Shown here: one piece after another, positions 1 to 13,033 of the stretch
How positions within the stretch are numbered: the stretch's first letter is position 1
Layout: the number at the start of each line of letters is the position of its first letter
Assembly (NCBI GenBank): GCA_018398765.1
Contig: JAHBMJ010000514.1
Span: forward strand, 1 to 45,827
DNA from: Chromera velia
Lineage: Eukaryota
Length of the DNA stretch: 45,827 nucleotides
Direction of reading: 5' to 3'
Made by a program: the position numbers and the translations under genes
Notes under the pieces: model-generated
The model's input: only the letters and a program-made list of their open reading frames with translations
Told to the model about the DNA's origin: nothing
Databases searched by the model: none

Positions 1-282
1 ACGCAGTGTGAAATCTGTCGTGCAAACCCCGCATACCCCCCTTGCTTTGGAGATGAGCGGTGCACCCAGGGAGAGAACAGAGAAATCAGACTTTGTGTCA
101 CAAATTGCAAGGAAAGAAAAGTTTCATGTCAATGTTAAATGACAGTAAATGATTTGAAAAGTAAATTTTCTTCAGGACTAGATTTCTTTAAAGTTGAATG
201 CATCTATAATTTATTTTTTATAAAAATGCACACAAATTAATGTCCAGGGTATGCGCGTCCGAACTTGTTAATGGAAATTTCG

Positions 283-523
283 TGCATGCATGCATGCATG
301 CAAATAATTTTTTTTTTTGTATCTGCAGCGATGCGTGACAGAGGCCCCAGAATTGAAATTTTTCTTTTTTTGCATCGATCTCCAAACATGCATGCACGTA
401 CGTGCATGATCGATCCATGCACAGGTTGACGGAAACCTCAAAACCGCACTAATTAAGGCACTTATTAATGTGAAAAAGCGGCGGCCGGAGCGATCGAACC
501 GCGACCTGACCTGCATGCATGCA
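283..523. promoter_or_regulatory. Cluster of TGCATGCA palindromes upstream of kinesin (putative ApiAP2-type sites)
   Basis: (TGCA)5 at 283-302, TGCATGCA at 389-396 and (TGCA)3 at 512-523. TGCATGCA is an established apicomplexan AP2-domain binding motif; function here is inferred. Confidence 0.45.
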
Positions 524-712
524 ATCGATCTCTACCCTTCAATGAAGTCCTTAATTCCGACACTGCAGCACTGAACCGGACTGGTTGAACCTTTGTTCTT
601 TCCCTCTCTCAAGACGTCGAGAGGCTCTTCTTTCACGAACCGACCGGTCGCAGTTCAGAGGAGAAAAGTGCGTGCGTGAAGGCGAACCTTCTCAAGGAGG
701 GTTGTTAGACAG

Positions 713-954
713 GTAAGGCGAAATCGGAAGGGACAAGGCAATGCCCCAAATGTGAAGTCAGGGCCCCTCCGTTTGCCTTTCTCTGACGAGCCGCATAGAG
801 GTTCGACGCGTTTTCTCTGAGATGCATTCTCTCTGTGTCTCCTCCTCTCCCGCTGGAGTTGCATATGCGTGCGTGTCTCTCCGTATGCACGTATCGTCCT
901 GGGTGCATACATACATGCTGCCTTCTCCCCTCCCCCCCTCTTGCGTGCGTGCAG
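713..954 (+). other. Probable 5' UTR intron of the kinesin gene
   Basis: Strong donor AG|GTAAGG at 713, then a pyrimidine-rich tract and GTGCAG acceptor at 954, 38 nt before the ATG at 993. Confidence 0.55.
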
Positions 955-992
955 TAAGGGTCCAGAAAAGCGAAAAGAAGGACGCAGTCAGT

Positions 993-2963
993 ATGACGAG
1001 CGTGCGTGTGGTGGCGCGTTTCCGTCCCCTTAACCAGAGGGAGCAAAGTGAGACTGGCGGGAACACCTGTTGCCAGTTCCTCTCAGACACCGAAGTGAAA
1101 ATCCTGGGCAACGACCCAGACCAGCCCTCTGGGGAGAGAAGGTTCACACTGGACAGAATCTTCTCTCCAGATGCGCACTCGAAGGCCGTCTATGAGGCCA
1201 CAGCGCTTCCCATCATTGAGGAAGTCCTGAAGGGATACAACGGAACCGTTTTTGCGTATGGTGGGTCTGCATGCGTTTGCGTTGTGATTGTGCGTGATGG
1301 GTCAAGGGGGGTCAGATGAAAACGGAAAATGCTGGATTCTGCTCGTCAGCAGCCCGCTTTGGTCTAGTTTCTTCTGTTTCTATGATTTTTCTTAAACCAA
1401 TGTCAGCCGTGGACCCACTTTGGTTGCAGGTCAGACAGAACGAGAAGACCTCCACTATATTCTCATCGATCTCTTTCTGTTCTATAACACACATTGCCAA
1501 CGTGCGACTGCAGGTCAGACAGGTGCAGGCAAGACCTTCACAATGGAGGGTATTCCGACAGATCCCGACAAGATGGGCATCATTCCCAGAATGGTCGCCA
1601 CGCTTTTCGAGACGATCGACAACGCCGACGAAGCAATTGAGTTCTCCATCAAGTGTTCGATTGTGGAAATCTACAAGGAGGCCATCAGAGATCTGCTGGA
1701 CCCCCGACCTCCAAGGGACAATTTGAAGGTCCACGAGGACAAGGCAAGGGGGGTGTATCTGGCAGACGTGACCGAGGAGTTTGTGACATGCGAGCAGGAT
1801 GTGTTTGACCTGTTGCACACTGGACACAAGCACAGAAGTGTGGCGTACACTGCGATGAATGCCACCAGCTCCAGAAGTCACCTTCTGTTCATGGTGACGG
1901 TGGGACAGCAGAACAAACACGACATGTCGAAGAAGGCAGGCAAACTTTTCCTGGTCGATCTCGCAGGGTCTGAGAAGGTCAGTCAGCCCGTCTGTCTGTC
2001 TGTCTGTCAGTCAGTCAGTCAGTTCTGTCTCCGAACTCGTTCTGTTTCCCCTTCCACGTTTTTGCCCGATGTGGGTCCGTTCGCCTTTTCTCCTATTCAC
2101 TCGTTCATTTGAGCTTTCTCCCGGACAGCCAACTCGTCCTAGAAGTGAGTGGCCTTCCGCTTATCTGATGCTCTTCGTTTACTCCAATAACTGCTGGTTA
2201 GTCAAGCATCTTTGTGGCTTTGTCCATTCATTTCTTGCCTCCTTTACATGTGTACCCCTTCATCCGTCCACCATGTATGAATATGAATATGCAGGTTGGG
2301 AAGACCGGAGCTGCCGGTGACACCCTTGAGGAGGCGAAGATGATCAACAAGTCCCTGTCTGCCCTCGGAAACGTCATCAACGCCCTCACCGACCCCAAGA
2401 TCAAGCACGTGCCATACAGAGACTCCAAGCTGACCAGAATCCTCACAGAGTCCCTCGGAGGAAACGCAAAGACCTGCCTCCTTGTCAGTCCACTGAGTCA
2501 GATATCAATAGAAGAATTGGAAAAACAGATGGACGGCAACTGCTGATCTGTCTGCTTGAACGCGTCGTTGGTTTTTGAGTTTTTGATTGAGTCAGCAGTT
2601 GTCTGGCTGACTGGTTGACTGAATGACTGGCTGACTGGTTGACTGAATGACTGGCTGACTGGTTGACTGGCTGGACTGACTGACTGACTGACTGACTGAC
2701 TGACTGACTGGACTGACTGACTGACTGACTGAATGACTGACTGACTGACTGACTCTCGTTTGGAAGTGGATTCGTATGTCTGCAATTCCTTATGATGCTA
2801 TGATGATGGAGATGGAGACGCAACGCGAGTGAATCCTCTTCTGCGTGTCGATCTGTCCGATTGTGAACCTCTTTCTTGCTCAGGTTCTTTGAGTGCATTA
2901 TGTCTCTTTCTTTCTTTTCCTTTCTTTGTCTGTTTGTTTGCATCTGAACCTTCCTGCTGCGTT

Positions 2964-3038
<75 letters not shown>

Positions 3039-3060
3039 GTCTTCTCTCTCTCTCTCTCTG

Positions 3061-3101
<41 letters not shown>

Positions 3102-6100
3102 TCGTTCAGATCGCATGCTCCCCCTCTGTGTTCAACGAAGTCGAGACCGTGTCCACCCTCAGATTCGGAATGAGGGCAAAGAGCATCAAGAACAACGCGA
3201 AGGTGAGTTGGGAAGTCGAACAGCAAAACAATTGTTGAGCGGGAGGCTCAGTCTGTGAAGATGTGCCCAAAGTGAAACATTCGGAACGACTTTCTAGATG
3301 GCCGAGGGTGGGAGACTCAAGGTGAAAGACTGACTGAATGTCTTGAGAAATAGCTTGTTGCTGCTTTCCAGTTTGCATCAGCTCCTTTGCCTGTTGCTGG
3401 CATGAGTCCCTCTCTCACGGGCGATCATTTTTTTTCTTTTCTTTTTTGCTTGATCTAACTTCTTCTCTCCTGTGCTGCCTCTTCTTCCTGAATGATCCAA
3501 AAAGGAAAGGAAGGAAGGAAGGAAGGGTCCTTTCGCTTCCTTTTTTTTTTACTGCCTCCTGGCTTTCTTTCTGTCACCAAAAACAGGAGTCCAGGAGCAC
3601 TCTCTAGGCTCAGACCGCACAAGACTTCGTTCAAATATCACGCAACCCCTGCTTTCCCTCCCTCTTTCCTCTGCATGTGCAGGTGAACCAGGAGCGCTCT
3701 GTGGAAGAGCTGAAGCTCCTTCTCGACAAGGCCGAGCTCACGATCAAGCAGCAGAAGAAATACATCAAAGCGCTCGAACAGGTGGTGGAGGAGTTGGGGG
3801 GGGAGTTGCCTTCGGGGGCCGTTATTGCGGCACAGGAGGACGAGAAGAAGAGCGCACCCAAGCCTGAAGCCGCACCAGCGCCCTCGGGAGGCGGTGGCGG
3901 CGCAGCTGCGGAGCCTGCTGGAGGTGCTGCAGATGCGGGGGGTGGCGTCAGTCCGGTTGGTGCCGCCGATGCGGCGGAGCGTAAGTCTTTGGCTGTGAGT
4001 GAGGGCGGGGACCTCGGAGCCTCATCTGACGAGCTCCTTGCCCTGATGGACGAGTTAGTCGACAAGAAGGAGGAACTGCGTCTGCAGTCTGAGCAGATTT
4101 CCGAGCTAAGGAGACAGGTGGCAAAGCTCGAGGGCAAAGTGTCCGAGCTCGAGAAGGAGAACGCGAAATTGCTTGCAGACGCTGCAGACATGGCTGAGCT
4201 GAGCGAGCTGAAGGAATACGAGGAGGCAGAGAAGAAGGACAATCTCGAAAAGGCAGAGACCCAACTCAAGAGCGCACAGACAGAACTGGAGGTGAGCCGA
4301 CATTTTCTTTTCTTTTCCAATACGCCTCTACTCTCTGTCTGGTTCTGTGTCCTTCTCTGTCTTTTTCTTCCAATTTCTGTCTGCATTGATATCAAAAATA
4401 GCACCGGAAATATGAAAACGGATGCAGATGCTTTTCTTCTATCTGTCTTGGCTGTTGATTTTGGTTTGTTCATCTTCAACGGACCTCTCCCCTCTTTGAA
4501 AGTACAAAATATCCATATGTGCTCCCAGAGGTTGTCGCACATTTTAGAGCTTTCGAAATGGAAAAGCAAAAATTAATTGAACATCCTTTCAGAGTGACGT
4601 GCATAAAGACTACGAAGTCAAAAATCTAGGGGTCCACCTGGGAATTTGAAAGTACGAGTTCCTTCCAGACCAACGCAGAGGAACAAAACCAAATGACGAG
4701 AGCTTCCCAGTTCGGCTTGATTTGGCTCCGTTTCTTCCTCTCTCTCCCCTTCTCTTCTCTCCTCACCCGTCACCCATGACTTTCCTCCCTTGCTCGACCC
4801 CTGTCCGCCCCACTCCTTCCAGATTCTCCGCAACGGCAACCGCCAGCTCCTCGACCAGATGGCCAGAAAGGACGAGGAGAACGAAACACTCTGGACGAAA
4901 CTCCAGACGGCCATCGAGGACCTCCAGAACCTGGCCACCTTGGTCGGGCAGGACGCAGGCTCCCTCATCTGCACAGAGATCCAGGAGGGCCCCAAGGAGA
5001 AGGGGGGAGAGAAGACAAACCAGGAGGTACGGGGGGGGACTGGCATGTCTCCTTTCCGTCTGTCTGTTCGACTGTCACGGGAAGCGTTCGGTTTTTCTGC
5101 CTCCCTCCTTCTCTTTTCGATGTTTAGCTTCATGCTGGTTCTCTGTCTGTCGAAGTGGATTGATTGATGACATTCTCTGTCATCTGTTCTCTTTTCAGAC
5201 TTTTTGTTTTCCATGCTACACTTCCAGCGAGCTCAGAGTCATCAGATGATTTTCTTTGCGTTCTGATCGTGGCGCAATGCAAGAATTCTATCGTATTCTT
5301 CCTTTGCATCCACCATTCCCTCTTTTGTTCGTTTGATCCCCTGTTTGCCTGCTCCCTGCAGGTCGATAAGATCACCTCGAAGCTGAACAAGCAGCTCGGA
5401 GGAAGAAGGGCATCGGACGCAGACGACAGGGATCGACTGTTGGACGAACACTCGAAGCAGGTCAGTCAGTCACGTCAGTCAATGAGTCGAGTCAGTCAGA
5501 TAGTCTGTGGGTCGGACAGTCATACAGTCCGTGGATCCGTCAATCCGGGGAGGGATTGTAATTGAAAAAATGCTTTCTTGTGACACTCCTTTTTTGGTCT
5601 TTCCCTTCCCTTTTTCCCCGAATTTCCTCCCATTTCTGCCGAGCATGCAAAATAATGTCCTCGGGTTCCCATCCCTTCTCACTTTCAGGTGGCCAACCTC
5701 GACAGCACACTGGAGGCCGAGCGCGCTGTCCAGCAGAATGCGATGGCCGAGAGGCTGAGGAAGCGCAAGGAGGCCAGAGCGAGGAGGGAGAAGGGAGGCG
5801 CAGAGGTTGGAGCCCCCGCTTTGTCGAAGGAGGAAGAGCTGATCGCAGAGTGTGAGGAACTGAAGAAGTTCAAGCTCGAGGCTCTGGAGAAGATCGAGTA
5901 CCTCTCCAACGAGGTCAGTCAGTTGCGGGACATATATCAGGACTTTCTTTCCTTCATCCTAGCTGTGCATTGTGTACGTTCCTCATGAGTGCACCCCCAC
6001 GCGTTCTGTCCAGTCGTCCTCTTTTTCTGTCCAGCCATGTGCGGATATTTCCTGCCTGTCAGCTCGTTCTCTTTTGAACTGATTCGCCTGTTCTGCCTCC

Positions 6101-8215
6101 GCATCCTCGGGTCCTTGTTCAGTATCGGCAGTAGAATTGAGCACTATATGCAGCACCAAGACTTGACGCATGCAACCAAAGGGCGCTCTGACGATCACGA
6201 CCCCTACCCATGCAGTCTCCTTTGTACCTCTTCTCTCTCCCTGCCCGTACGCCTCTTTGAATTCAGGTGAATACGGTGAATGAACTGATGAGCATGGAGG
6301 GGTCGACTCCCCCCGAGGAGAAGGCCTTGCTCGAGAACCAGATCGAGCGGCTCAAGAAAGTCAGTGGGCAGCTTTCTTTTCTTGCTTTGTGGCGCACCGC
6401 ACAGAGAGCTTGAGAGGGAGTGTTGTGGAGTTTCTCCCATCATTGGTGTCGCTTGCTGTCAATGCCCTTCTCGTGGGCGAAGCGGAAGAGACTGCCTGCA
6501 GAGAGGTGAATGAGATCGGAGAGTTGACTGTCAGAAAGAGCATCTGTGTGCACAGTGCCTCTTTCGCGTGCTTCCTTTCATCACATGCTGAAAAATCTAG
6601 GAGTGCATTCACTTTTGCCAGTACGCCGCTAGCTGCTTTGAGTGTGATGGTCCGTCTATCTGTGTCTGCGGGTGTGTCGGAGAGAAAGAAAGACATAGAG
6701 AAAAAGAGGGAGGGAGTAAGTTGTAGGTCCTCTCTGTGTTTTGCTTCTGGGCAAATTGAAATGTCTCCTTCTCTCTTCTTATTATCACATTTGCCCTTCT
6801 TTTTGGCCTCGTCCATTTCTCTGAATCCATCTTCTTGAAATGGTCTGTTCATTTCTCTGCCCTTCTTTTTTTTAATTGTCTCTTTGCAGGACAACGACGA
6901 TAGGCTCTCGAAACTCGCAGACATGGAGCTGCTCCTCCTGGAGGAACGCGAACGGTCAGTCTCAGGCGGGGGGAGGGTCAGAGGAACTCGCCAGTCAATC
7001 GACGTCTCTCTCTCTCTTTGGCTTTCGTAAGAAGTCTTGTGTGCATGAGCATATTTGTGCAAACACTTCCTTTGCAGTGCACATCTCTATCTGTCTCTCC
7101 CCCCCTCTCCCTCCCTCTGAATTGGGTGGCATGCATTCCTTACTGGAAGGAAGCAGTCACCATCCAACGCAGCCGCCCGACCTTCTCTCGAGCTGTCTAT
7201 GTGAGGGCTCTGAATCAACGGACTGACAATCACAGATATAGACGAATACAATGGATTCGTACACAAATGCACGTTTCCATTCACAATTGGGAGAGCAACT
7301 GACTGACTGAGTATCTACCTGCCCACTCACTCAAACGCATGCCTGCTGCCTGCAGGGCCGAGCTGTTCAAGCAGATGAAGGACGACCAGGCTCGTCCCTT
7401 GAAGAAGAAGATGGGGGAGATGGAGAGGACGATGGAGGCATTGATGATGCAGTTCCAGAAGACGAACGCAGACAAGACAACGCTGCAGGCAGAGAACGTC
7501 AAGCACGAGAAGACGATCGAAAGAAACCAGCAGAAGATCAAGAAACTCGAGCAGACTGTCGATCAGGCAAAGACAAAGTCAGCAAACAAAATAGGACGGA
7601 AATTAAGGACTAAAGGACACAGAATAAGACCCTGCCATGCAAAAGAAAAGTGGCGTCCAAAGGCTTAACAACACTGTATGCATGTATAATGTCCAACAGA
7701 TGGAACACGTCTGCAGCTAGCTGTATCGCTGTCCAAGTCTCTTTCAGATCACGATCCTCTCTTCTCTTCCTATCTTTTTGCCGTCTCAACTCTTCTACGA
7801 GTGAGTGCATGCCTCCGTGGGAGGTTGCGTGCGTCAATCACGGGCAGACGTGAGATGCTCTCGCTTGCGTACATTCAGCTGCACTTGAGAGCTGTCCATG
7901 GTCGTTTCTTTTTTCGGTGAATCGATTCTTCTTTTCTGCGCGCCCACTGACATTCTTCTTTCTGCGCGTACCTGCAGGTACGACAAGCTGTTGATGAAGT
8001 GCGACGAGCTGACGACAAAGTTTGAGAACGTCGTCAAGCAGGGCGTCGCAGCAGCGACGGGGCAGAGGAGGAACAACATGCAGAAGACAGTCAGAGGAGG
8101 GGGGAGGAGAGGGTCCCTCTTGAAGAGGGGCTCTGTGGACATGGGCGCACAGAACCACTCAGCACTGGCACTGGAGGCTGCCAAGCTGGCCGCAAAGGAC
8201 GCTGCAGAGTCATAA
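993..8215 (+). CDS. Kinesin heavy chain (kinesin-1-like motor), 12 coding exons, about 922 aa
   Basis: Manually spliced GT-AG exons: 993-1260, 1514-1977, 2295-2483, 3110-3202, 3683-4291, 4823-5026, 5362-5460, 5689-5913, 6267-6359, 6890-6954, 7356-7577, 7978-8215. Phases are consistent and the total is 2769 nt, ending in TAA. Motifs: [26 protein letters not shown] (P-loop), MNATSSRSH (switch I), LVDLAGSEK (switch II), [22 protein letters not shown], neck KNNAKVNQE, coiled-coil stalk, and tail MQKTVRGGG resembling the kinesin-1 IAK motif. Confidence 0.93.
2606..2753. repeat. (TGAC)n microsatellite in kinesin intron 3
   Basis: Read directly from the sequence. Confidence 0.9.
2964..3096. repeat. 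(CT)n microsatellite forming the polypyrimidine tract of kinesin intron 3
   Basis: Read directly; ends just before the acceptor at 3109. Confidence 0.9.
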
Positions 8216-10287
8216 ACCATCAAAAGTGGAGAGCTAGGGACAATGAGGCAGACAGAGAAAGGAGTGAGTCCATAGGAAGGAGAGGGAGAGCAGGTCCTCA
8301 TTGCTTCCTAACCAATCCCGTATTTTCTTTTCTTGTTCACTGCCGATTCACTCAATCAGATCTAAGTTGAACACAAGGGAAACAAAAAAAAAAGAAGAGG
8401 AAATCAGGGAGTCGACCGACCAGAAAGAAAGAAAGAAAAGTGTGTGCATCTCTCACTCGGGAGGGATCGACGAGGGGATCGAAGGGGAAAGGGCCTAGAG
8501 GGAAAGGGAGCGAGCAATGAAGGAAGTCATGAACGATCAAGGAGTGAGTGATCGGGTGACTCAGTGGGGTCCTCCTGGGAAGAGAACGAGGAGACAGTCA
8601 GAGAGAGAGAGAGTCTTCACTTAGTTGGGAAGAGGGGGAGTCAGCCGGTAGGTAGCGAAAGCGGAGGGAGGGAAAGAGGATAAAGGAAAGGGTTTGTTTT
8701 GTCTTTTTCGTTTGTTTAAGTGAAACTGACTGACTGGATGCGTTTGACAATTTGATAATTTGCAAGGCAATGAGAAGGGCAGACTACAGATTCTCTTTGG
8801 TGGCGAGAAACAGGCAAGCCACCCGGCCAGCCGAGAGTATTGAGGGAGTGTCGAGTCTCGACTCTCCTTTTCCATTTTTTCTCTCTGTCTGTATGCCTCG
8901 ATCGACCTTCTCGAATAGATGCTTGTGTTTCTGCTTTGTTCCCCGTCTTCTTTATTTGTTGTCTTTTTGTCTCTCTTTCCCGCCATCTCTTCACACACTC
9001 AACTCTCTCCCCCCTTCGCTCCAACGTGTCCTTTCTCTCTTTCTGGCCCACCCCCTATTCCTCCCTTCTGCCAACCAACTGGCAGTGCTCGTCCGATTCC
9101 GTTTCCCTTCTTTCCCAATTGATCTCAACCTTTCACCCCCTTTTCTTCTCCATCTATTACAAGCAGACAAGACAGCTAAGAAAGCAGACGGACAACAGCT
9201 AAGACAGACAGATACCTACTGAGATAAACATATACAGATGCAAAAAGACATTCCGACATAATAACAATTATCAAACCCTGGAATGAGAACACAAGAGATA
9301 AATATTCACAAAAATCAGTATATTATATATATTTTTTCACCCGATTATTTAGCTTTTAAAAAACACTAAAGGTTCACTGTATTTAAATTATACTAAATAC
9401 TAATAGACTAAATATCTTTTTTTAAGAGTCTTTTTTTTTTAAAGACTCCGTTTAACGTTCATGCAAGCTCTAAAACGCAATAATCATCACAATTTTGTAT
9501 ATGCTTCATACTAGTAGCCCTGCCTGTATGTTAACCTTGAGGCTCTAGTCTAGGCTCTAGTTTAAAATACAAAGAGCAGCTGCAGCTAGCCTTAATTCAT
9601 TTAATTTCTATCTTAGTTAAATATATGTGTAAATTAAGATGTAAACGGCGACTAAACGCTTTATTATTTTATTATTATTGCATGTTCACTATCACTATAA
9701 TATACGGTTTAGCAACGATTAGGAATTTATAACTGTAGATGTATAACTTTTGCTCATCTTGGTTTCTTTCCAAGGTCGGGATTCTATGCTCAATTTTATC
9801 TGGAACAATTATACTAATATTAATTCAATATAACATTAAATTTGCCCTGTTTTACAAGATTTTTAAATGTTGGATGACTCGCCGCCAGATATAGTTGCAG
9901 ACAACAATTCTAGCAAAAATTTAAATTTAAAAACAATAGATTTGATATAGTTGTATTCTAGAGTTATATTCATTTTTTTTTTTGGGTTTTTGAGTCAACG
10001 AGTTAGCAAAGTAGGCACAATACCGCTTAACACCGCAACAGCGCAGCACGAGGCGCCACGAGCCGACTTGATCTTTTTTTTTGTTTTGACATGCATCAAG
10101 TCATAGATGAATTGAGCTGCAGCGTAGGGGTACGCCTAGGAGTACATTGGGATCACAATTGACTGGAGCGCACTATCGATCAACGGCAAGAGAACAAAAA
10201 CCGAATTTTATGTCTTCTGACAGTCTTTATTAGCTCCATCATTGCTTGCAGGAGCCTCGTGCAGAATAATTCATGAAAGTCTGGCCT

Positions 10288-11064
10288 AGTCACAAAACCA
10301 GAAACCTTGGCAGGTCCGGCACCGCTCCGTGCCGCTGAAAGAGACGGATGCAGACCTCATAGAGAATGCGGAGACGGAGACGGATCTCCATCGCGAGCAT
10401 CTCCCTCACCCTGTACGCGAAGTCGAGCTTGTCGCTCTCCACGTCGATGAGTCTCTGGAGCCACGTGAGGGCGACAGACGGGGCTGATGGGCCCGGCTCA
10501 GGCCCTGCCGTACTTCACCGTCACGGTGGCCTTGACGATCGGCATCCCCTGCAGGCTTCAGAGCGGCCTTCAGGTACATGTGCTTCTGAGGGGCTCTGGC
10601 TCTTTTCCCCTCGATCTCTTCGATAAGTCTGTGAGGAGGCTTTCGGTCACGCTTGCCCTTCTTAAAGCTTACCTCTTCGTCCTTTTCTTTGCGTTCTTTT
10701 TCTTCTTCTTCTTCTTCTTCTTCTTCTTCTTCTTCTCCTCCTCCTCCTTCTTCTTTTTCGCTTTTTCCTTGTCAATGAGGGACTCAAGGTCGAGATGGTC
10801 GTGGGCAACTTGGGGAATTCCTATATCCTCGTCCTTGACCGGAGTTCCCTCCGAAGACTCTGACCATGTGAGGGCGAACAGCTTGACCGCAGGACCTAGG
10901 ACAATGCGGCGGTGGGGGTGCCCTCGAAAGCTATGCCGGTGTCTTCTCCTGCAATACTGCTTTGCATGCGTCTGAGCATTCTCTGCGATCGAGTGGGAGC
11001 GGAAGGAGAGACTGTGCGCGGTTCTGTCAAAGAACCTTGGCAGGTCCGGCACCGCTCCGTGCCG
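10288..11064 (-). pseudogene. Disrupted coding-like remnant (HGAVPDLPR... Lys-rich tract ... repeat copy A)
   Basis: The ORF at 10669-11052 continues repeat copy B, then runs through stops and a frameshift into copy A. No recognisable domain. Confidence 0.35.
10304..10479. repeat. 176-bp dispersed repeat, copy A (coding-like on the minus strand)
   Basis: Colinear with 19609-19784, about 10 mismatches by eye. Minus strand reads [58 protein letters not shown]. Confidence 0.9.
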
Positions 11065-11107
11065 CTAAAAGAGACGGATGCAGACCTCAGAGAGAATGCC
11101 GAGACGG
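11034..11107. repeat. Partial (74-bp) copy B of the 176-bp repeat
   Basis: Matches the left part of 10304-10479 and 19609-19784. Carries a CAG>TAG change on the minus strand at 11065-11067. Confidence 0.88.
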
Positions 11108-12152
11108 CCCCCTCTCTCCCCCTTCCTCCTCAAACAGTCAACCTGCAGGCGATGGATGAGAGAGAAAGGCAGGGAGACAACTTCTTTTTTTGCCCATACG
11201 CGATGCATTCGAAATGCAGTGTAAAGGAAGAAAAACTGGTGGATGGATGGATGCTGGTAAGGCTGCAAATAACAGAGAGCCAGGAATCTCCCTGACCTTC
11301 AGTACCTCTTGAAGCACCCGTGCCCTGCGGAGGTTGAGGTCGCTGTCCGTTGCATCCATCGCAAGGGCTGGGGAGGAGGGGGCGGCAGCAGCGGAACGAC
11401 GACGTACTCCCGTCTCGCCTGTCTCGGGGGCGGGAGGATGATCGTAATCTCCCAGGTTCGAACGAAAACACGAACATCCTCGGAGGGAGGGGGGGGGACT
11501 GCACGCATTCATCACGGAGGATGGATGAAGTTTCTGTGCACACGGAAGCCAGTGAAACAGAAAAAGAAAGACGGAAAGGGAAAATGTTTATCAATGACAC
11601 ACATTTAAACAAAAGGGAAAAATGCCGCAGGACGTGAAGCGAACAAATAACGACATCCGTAGCGTGATTGAATGGGCCGTCTTTTCGACCATGAAGAAGT
11701 CGATTGGCGACTCACCTTCCAACCAACAGAGACCTGCCTGTGACTTCTGACACCAAAATGAGTGGACCAGTCCAAAGATGCATTTCTTTTCCTTCTCTTT
11801 CTTTCTTTCTTTCTTTCTTTCTTTCGTTCTTTCGTTTTTTCGTTCTTTCGTTCTTTCTTTCTTTCTTTCTTTCTTTTCTTTCTTTCTTTCTTTTCTTTCT
11901 TTCTTTCGTTCTTTCTTTCTGTCTGTCTGTCTTTCTTTCTTTCTTTCTTTCTGTCTTTCTGTCTTTCTTTTCTTTCTTTCTTTCTTTTCTTTCCTTCTTT
12001 CTTTCGTTCTTTCTTTCTTTCTTTCTGTCTTTCTGTCTTTCTTTCTGTCTGTCTTTCTTTCTTTCTTTCTTTCTTTTCTTTCTTTCTGTCTTTCTTTCCT
12101 TCTTTCGTTCTTTCGTTCTTTCTTTCTTTCTTTCTGTCTTTCTGTCTTTCTG

Positions 12153-12183
<31 letters not shown>

Positions 12184-12200
12184 GTCTTTCTGTCTTTCTG

Positions 12201-12232
<32 letters not shown>

Positions 12233-12338
12233 GTCTTTCTTTCTTTCTTTCGTTCTTTCGTTCTTTCTTTCTTTTCTTTCTTTCTTTCTTTTCTTTCTTT
12301 CTTTCTTTCTTTCTTTCTTTCCTTCTTTCGTTCTTTTG

Positions 12339-12369
<31 letters not shown>

Positions 12370-12391
12370 TTTCTGTCTTTCTGTCTTTCTG

Positions 12392-12423
<32 letters not shown>

Positions 12424-12527
12424 TTCTTTCTTTCTTGCTTTCTTTCTTTTCTTTCTTTTCGTTCTTTCTTTCTTTCTTTCTTTCTTTTCTTTCTTTCTTT
12501 CTTTCTTTCGTTCTTTCGTTCTTTTGT

Positions 12528-12567
<40 letters not shown>

Positions 12568-12714
12568 TTCTTTCTTTCTTTCTTTCTTTCTTTCTTTCGT
12601 TCTTTTGTTCTTTCTTTCTTTCTTTCTTTCTGTCTTTCTTTCTTTCTTTGTTTCTTTTCTTTCTTTCTTTCTTTCTTTCCTTCTTTCGTTCTTTCTTTCT
12701 TTCTTTCTTTCTTT

Positions 12715-12746
<32 letters not shown>

Positions 12747-12774
12747 TCGTTCTTTTGTTCTTTCTTTTTGTCTG

Positions 12775-12805
<31 letters not shown>

Positions 12806-12872
12806 GTCTTTCTTTCTTTCTTTCTTTTCTTTCTTTCTTTTCTTTCTTTCTTTCGTTCTTTCTTTCTTTGGT

Positions 12873-12903
<31 letters not shown>

Positions 12904-13002
12904 GTCTTTCTGTCTTTCTTTCTGTCTTTCTTTCTTTTCTTTCTTTCTTTCTTTCTTTCTTTTCTTTCTTTCTTTCTTTCTTTCTTTCTTTCGTTCTTTT
13001 GT

Positions 13003-13033
<31 letters not shown>

